IMG/VR virus record: IMGVR_UViG_2690316153_000005
Reading direction: 5' to 3' (one strand)
DNA length: 16,076 nucleotides
Source of the DNA: a virus
Taxonomy: Duplodnaviria > Heunggongvirae > Uroviricota > Caudoviricetes
The notes beneath the pieces were generated by a model, which had not been told where the DNA came from, did no database searches, and saw only the letters and a program-made list of their open reading frames with translations. Positions 12,997 to 16,076 of the stretch are shown one piece after another (the stretch's first letter is position 1; each line of letters opens with the position of its first letter). The position numbers were made by a program, and so were the translations under genes.

Positions 12997-13137
12997 ATGA
13001 TTAATCAAATCCATATTGCCCTTGAACGTAAGGGATCGGGTAATTTTTCGGCATGGGTTATTGAAGCCTGCAGGAGAAGGCTGGCAACAGATGCAAAGCA
13101 CCTGCGCCCGGCCAGCATGAAAAATAACGAGAAATGA
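12997..13137 (+). CDS. Small putative DNA-binding protein (46 aa) resembling a small ORF I recall near the lambda right end; possibly ribbon-helix-helix / DUF3950 (YlcI-like)
   Basis: Hand translation of the plus strand: MINQIHIALERKGSGNFSAWVIEACRRRLATDAKHLRPASMKNNEK. It resembles the recalled lambda right-end ORF segment ...MIEQINIALEQKGSGNFSAWVIEACRRRL.... A short out-of-frame ORF (12965..13000, MSSKNKASQTR) precedes it. Below the ORF track size cutoff. Confidence 0.5.
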   Translation: MINQIHIALERKGSGNFSAWVIEACRRRLATDAKHLRPASMKNNEK

Positions 13138-13269
13138 ACGTTCGGTTACAGGAACCGGTAGCTACTGTCTTCTAACAATATTTCATCTTCATATCCGGCG
13201 AAACAAGACTTTACCCTGCAGGGATGTACTGAATAGCAACAGAGTGATAATTAACTTCTGATAAAATAA

Positions 13270-13596
13270 TCAGGGTGCTGAAGGACTAAAGATAAATGTT
13301 TTCTTCACGCCTTTACGCGGCTTGTCCTTCTCAAATCGCCATTTTGCCATCGCCTTTACAACCTGCTCATCAAACAGATGGTGCGGCTCTGAACGGATAA
13401 ACTCAATTCGGGTGACAGTACCATCAGCACCAATATCAAACTTCACATCAACCCGTCCCTTTATATAATTTGCCGCGGCATAGGCCGGATATTGTGGTAA
13501 TGCCTTAACCAACTGTCGAGGCATATCTGTTTTATGTTGCGTACAGCCCATAACCAAAGAAGACAACAAAATAATTAACGGAAGATTTCTTTTCAT
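13270..13596 (-). CDS. Predicted outer-membrane lipoprotein consisting essentially of a TonB C-terminal-domain-like fold (108 aa from the second ATG; 113 aa from the ATG at 13611)
   Basis: N-terminus MKRNLPLIILLSSLVMGC has a basic n-region, hydrophobic core and lipobox-like VMGC with +2 Thr. Residues 40-105 (PAYAAANYIKGRVDVKFDIGADGTVTRIEFIRSEPHHLFDEQVVKAMAKWRFEKDKPRKGVKKTFIF) align by eye with the recalled E. coli TonB C-terminal domain ([59 protein letters not shown]). Flanked by low-GC DNA. Confidence 0.7.
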   Translation of the reverse strand: MKRNLPLIILLSSLVMGCTQHKTDMPRQLVKALPQYPAYAAANYIKGRVDVKFDIGADGTVTRIEFIRSEPHHLFDEQVVKAMAKWRFEKDKPRKGVKKTFIFSPSAP

Positions 13597-13616
13597 TTTT
13601 ATTCCCGGCATAGATA

Positions 13617-13633
13617 AGAATAAGTCTTATTCT
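13617..13633. promoter_or_regulatory. Perfect 8-1-8 palindrome AGAATAAG-T-CTTATTCT immediately upstream of the lipoprotein gene
   Basis: Read directly; lies 6 to 37 nt upstream of the two candidate start codons on the minus strand. Confidence 0.4.
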
Positions 13634-13940
13634 AACAATGCAGCCCTGTCGGTCATCAATCCTCTGCTTAATGGCAATGACAATTATCCGACTTAAATCA
13701 CAAATCAGACACATGACATAACAGAGTTTGCGAGGTAACACATCGTCCGGTTTCTTCCACCATCGCACCGGACCAGCGACCATGAGGGGACAACGCCGCG
13801 CTCCGTTTACGCGGTAAACCCCGGTGTGTATCGTTTTTGATTATCCCCGCACACTCTCGCAGAGGAGTCTCCCTGTCGGGCTGCGGTCTCTGTTAATGCA
13901 GGAATACGGCGACAATACCGCGCATGGATAATAAGGTCGC

Positions 13941-14165
13941 TCAACACACTGGCTGTAATTCAGCGGATACCATTCGGCATTTATCAGTATTCATCACACA
14001 CTCAACGGTGAATTCTTCATGCGTGGCATTCACTTCATATGTTCGTGAATAACATTCAGTGCATTTACCTCTGAACACCTCTTCAAGCAGAACACGGCCA
14101 TGTTGCAAAACACGGAACGGAATTGTTCCCTGAAAAGGTTTTACCGTTACCTGCAATTTCTTCAT
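13941..14165 (-). CDS. Cys-rich small protein (74 aa), function unknown, translationally coupled to Rz
   Basis: ORF track protein MKKLQVTVKPFQGTIPFRVLQHGRVLLEEVFRGKCTECYSRTYEVNATHEEFTVECVMNTDKCRMVSAELQPVC; contains a CxxC motif and three further Cys. Its ATG overlaps the Rz stop as ATGA (14165..14162). I do not recognise the family. Confidence 0.5.
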   Translation of the reverse strand: MKKLQVTVKPFQGTIPFRVLQHGRVLLEEVFRGKCTECYSRTYEVNATHEEFTVECVMNTDKCRMVSAELQPVC

Positions 14166-14656
14166 ACATCCTCCGGATAATAAAAAGCCTGCTTAGTACA
14201 CTGAGTGCGGATATAGTCCTGTGCCCCTTCCAGTTGCTTCTGCATCGTCATCAGCCGCTCTCTGAGGGTGAAATAATCCCGTGTAACGGTGTCTGCCAGT
14301 TGGGGGCCGGTTGCATTATCCACGCGGGCGGTGCCGGTGGCTTCACGCACGGGACCTGGACAGGTGGCGTTGATCCGCAGGCTGCGGTGACCAGCGGCAA
14401 CGTCAGCGCGAAGAGTTTCATTTTCAGCTCTCGCATCGGCTAATTCCCTCGAGTATCTGGCATCAAGTGCAGCAACATCACGCTGGCGCTGCTGCATATC
14501 AGTAATGGTTGCATTTGCCAGCTCCAGCTCACTGACTTTTTTATCGCGCTGCTCTTTGTAGGTTATGGCGTTATCACGGTAATGATTCAGCCCCAGACTA
14601 AGCGCACCACAGGCCACCAGCAGGGCAATGATGACCACGCACAGTACGCGGTTCAT
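14162..14656 (-). CDS. Rz: Spanin inner-membrane subunit Rz (i-spanin), 164 aa
   Basis: MNRVLCVVIIALLVACGALSLGLNHYRDNAITYKEQRDKKVSELELANATITDMQQRQRDVAALDARYSRELADARAENETLRADVAAGHRSLRINATC... resembles recalled lambda Rz: N-terminal TM segment, NHYRDNAITYK motif, coiled-coil periplasmic domain. Confidence 0.88.
   Translation of the reverse strand: MNRVLCVVIIALLVACGALSLGLNHYRDNAITYKEQRDKKVSELELANATITDMQQRQRDVAALDARYSRELADARAENETLRADVAAGHRSLRINATCPGPVREATGTARVDNATGPQLADTVTRDYFTLRERLMTMQKQLEGAQDYIRTQCTKQAFYYPEDV
14251..14436 (-). CDS. Rz1: Spanin outer-membrane lipoprotein subunit Rz1 (o-spanin), embedded in the +1 frame of Rz
   Basis: MRELKMKLFALTLPLVTAACGSTPPVQVPCVKPPAPPAWIMQPAPNWQTPLHGIISPSESG has lipobox LVTAAC, a proline-rich body and conserved PPAWIMQP / GIISPSE motifs as in lambda Rz1; entirely nested in Rz. 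Confidence 0.85.
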   Translation of the reverse strand: MRELKMKLFALTLPLVTAACGSTPPVQVPCVKPPAPPAWIMQPAPNWQTPLHGIISPSESG

Positions 14657-14657
14657 T

Positions 14658-14795
14658 TCACCACCAGCGTATCTGACCGATGAAATAACCGGAGGCCATA
14701 ATCACAAACACCAGCCAGATAAGAATGAACTTCCAGGTGGATAATTTTTCAGCCATCACTCGAATCTCCCGAATCAGTTTGCTAAAATCAAACAC
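14658..14795 (-). CDS. Unannotated small single-pass membrane peptide (45 aa from GTG at 14795; 32 aa from ATG at 14756) immediately upstream of Rz
   Basis: Hand translation of the minus strand: (V/M)FDFSKLIREIRVMAEKLSTWKFILIWLVFVIMASGYFIGQIRWW. AAGGAGA sits 4 nt upstream of the GTG and GGGAGA 8 nt upstream of the internal ATG. The TGA stop (14660..14658) is 1 nt from the Rz ATG (14656). Below the ORF track size cutoff. Confidence 0.45.
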   Translation of the reverse strand: MFDFSKLIREIRVMAEKLSTWKFILIWLVFVIMASGYFIGQIRWW

Positions 14796-14821
14796 ACTTT
14801 CTCCTTTGACTTTTCCGGAGT

Positions 14822-14866
14822 CAGGAAACACAAAACCCCGCTTGCAGCCAACAAATGGGGGTTTTA
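14822..14866. terminator. Stem-loop AAAACCCC-(17 nt)-GGGGTTTT followed by a T-rich tract; candidate intrinsic terminator or RNA structure between the endolysin and the small ORF
   Basis: Read directly: 14822..14829 aaaacccc pairs with 14848..14855 ggggtttt; it is followed on the plus strand by ttttacttttatt and on the minus strand by gtgtttcc. The loop is unusually large for a canonical terminator. Confidence 0.35.
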
Positions 14867-14954
14867 CTTTTATTCACTTAGTTTTTGTCAGTTCTCAGGA
14901 TTTCGTGTTATCCGTCCGTGTGAGCAAACCGCATTTTTCAGCAAAATATTCTGC

Positions 14955-15488
14955 TTATCTGTCAATTCCCCAGCACGCCAGCGCACTCTCCTGGTCGCGA
15001 CGGGATACCTGACCGTAACAGTTATTTGAGCGAATACGGCAGTCTCTGCCACCGTCCTTAATCCACCAGCGAATCGCCTCACACGCTCCCCTGCGATCAC
15101 CTGCATTAATTCGTCTGTAAAACGTCGACGGGAAACATTTACCGGGACCAATGTTGTACGGACAGAATGACGCGATCCCCGCTTTCTGGGGTTCGGTCAG
15201 TGGCACTTTGATGTTTTTCTCCACCCATGCCAGCGCCTTATCACGTTCAATGGCGTTAACCTGGTCGCATTTCTCCTTCGACAACTTCATGCCCGGGACG
15301 ACAGGTTTACTATCCACCAGAATGGCACCGCGACAGATGGTCCAGATACCCGCGCCATCACGGTATGCCGTGGTGTGGTTACCTTCCTTTTCATCCAGAA
15401 ACTGGTCGAGGATTTCAGGCGCAGGCGCACCTGCGGCAATCAGCGCCAGAACGGCAGCCGACAGGCCGTATCTGATTTTTGCGTTCAT
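14955..15488 (-). CDS. R: SAR endolysin, T4-lysozyme-family (GH24) muramidase, phage-21 R / DLP12 RrrD type, 177 aa
   Basis: MNAKIRYGLSAAVLALIAAGAPAPEILDQFLDEKEGNHTTAYRDGAGIWTICRG... has an N-terminal weakly hydrophobic Gly/Ala-rich signal-anchor-release-like segment and an E-x8-D-x5-T catalytic triad pattern (EGNHTTAYRDGAGIWT). It follows a pinholin-type holin. Confidence 0.85.
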   Translation of the reverse strand: MNAKIRYGLSAAVLALIAAGAPAPEILDQFLDEKEGNHTTAYRDGAGIWTICRGAILVDSKPVVPGMKLSKEKCDQVNAIERDKALAWVEKNIKVPLTEPQKAGIASFCPYNIGPGKCFPSTFYRRINAGDRRGACEAIRWWIKDGGRDCRIRSNNCYGQVSRRDQESALACWGIDR

Positions 15489-15538
15489 GGATATTTATCA
15501 GGATTTATCGATTTCAAATCCCTGGATATGTTAAGTCT

Positions 15539-15886
15539 TCAGGCCAGCGGTGGAGTCTTCAGAGAACCAGTAATTATTCCCGGTAGTTTTCCTCTGTAGG
15601 TTATCAACACATCCTGCGCCTCTAAAATGATGGGCCGCTTTTCCGGCAACGGACCATCCCCTTCACATAACCCGGCAGCAACATCCATGAAAAACTGCTT
15701 CGCCTGCTTTTTCGCCTCAGCTTCGTAAAACTCCAGCGTGGCACCTTCAGTACGGTCAAGACTAATCGCCACATATGGCAACAACAGTGACGGATACCCA
15801 CCAATTTCCAGTGCCACAGTAACAGTAATCTTATCCGGGTAATTATTTATCCCTTTAACAACCAGTTCGTATTTTTTATTCATCAC
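15539..15886 (-). CDS. Conserved prophage protein of unknown function between holin and endolysin (115 aa), probably DUF1327 / YdfR-like
   Basis: MMNKKYELVVKGINNYPDKITVTVALEIGGYPSLLLPYVAISLDRTEGATLEFYEAEAKKQAKQFF...; its ATG overlaps the holin stop region (holin ends 15888). The YdfR-like assignment rests on position between ess and rrr homologues and on recollection, not on an alignment. Confidence 0.55.
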   Translation of the reverse strand: MMNKKYELVVKGINNYPDKITVTVALEIGGYPSLLLPYVAISLDRTEGATLEFYEAEAKKQAKQFFMDVAAGLCEGDGPLPEKRPIILEAQDVLITYRGKLPGIITGSLKTPPLA

Positions 15887-15887
15887 T

Positions 15888-16076
15888 TTACTCTCCCCGC
15901 GCCGCCTTACGCCGGTCCTCTCTGATTTTGAAATACAGGTTAGTCAGATACGTCAGCAGGCCAAACAGCAGACTCCCCAGCACACCTATCGCCACCCACT
16001 GGGACGGAGAGACTTTGTCCAGCAGCTGCAGTAACCAGTATCCCGTCCCCACCGCTGACGTGGTGTATGACACACC
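15888..16076 (-). CDS. S: Class II holin / pinholin of the phage 21 S21 type, N-terminus truncated by the window end
   Basis: ...[60 protein letters not shown] closely resembles recalled S21 (…[51 protein letters not shown]). The ORF continues to the window edge. Confidence 0.85.
   Translation of the reverse strand, partial: GVSYTTSAVGTGYWLLQLLDKVSPSQWVAIGVLGSLLFGLLTYLTNLYFKIREDRRKAARGE

Noticed and set aside
13532-13783. 83-aa minus-strand ORF overlapping the lipoprotein gene start and its upstream region
   Set aside because: Different frame overlapping the better-supported lipoprotein ORF; mostly AT-rich intergenic sequence; no Shine-Dalgarno sequence or recognisable motifs.
14725-15012. 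95-aa plus-strand ORF in the endolysin-Rz spacer
   Set aside because: Runs antisense across the small membrane-peptide ORF, the hairpin and the endolysin 3' end; low-complexity translation. The region itself is kept as a finding.
15151-15534. 127-aa plus-strand ORF
   Set aside because: Antisense within the well-supported SAR endolysin gene.

Overview
This window is a lambdoid (phage lambda-type) prophage or phage segment read in reverse, with almost every gene on the minus strand. All family assignments below come from reading the translated ORFs and recalling known protein sequences; no database search was run.

From high to low coordinate the window contains:
- The tail end of a phage-21/DLP12-type lysis cassette: a pinholin-like holin (partial at the window edge), a DUF1327-like ORF, a SAR-type lysozyme endolysin, and Rz with Rz1 embedded.
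- A low-GC moron region between Rz and cos (about 12780..14160) carrying a Cys-rich small ORF coupled to Rz, a lipoprotein with a TonB C-terminal-domain-like fold, and a small plus-strand ORF.
- The cos site (cosN 12-nt cohesive-end sequence at 12748..12759).
- A near lambda-identical head and tail module: Nu1, A, W, B, C/Nu3, D, E, FI, FII, Z, U, V, G, G-T and the 5' part of H (tape measure), which runs off the window start.

The observations most worth follow-up are:
- The secreted TonB-CTD-like lipoprotein moron (13270..13596).
- An unannotated small membrane-peptide ORF with a hairpin in an unusual ~300 bp spacer between the endolysin and Rz.
- A perfect in-frame 69-bp tandem duplication inside the major tail protein gene V.
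- The Cys-rich ORF coupled to Rz.
- A perfect 25-bp Fur-box-like palindrome next to cos.

No tRNA, rRNA, CRISPR array or IS element is evident.
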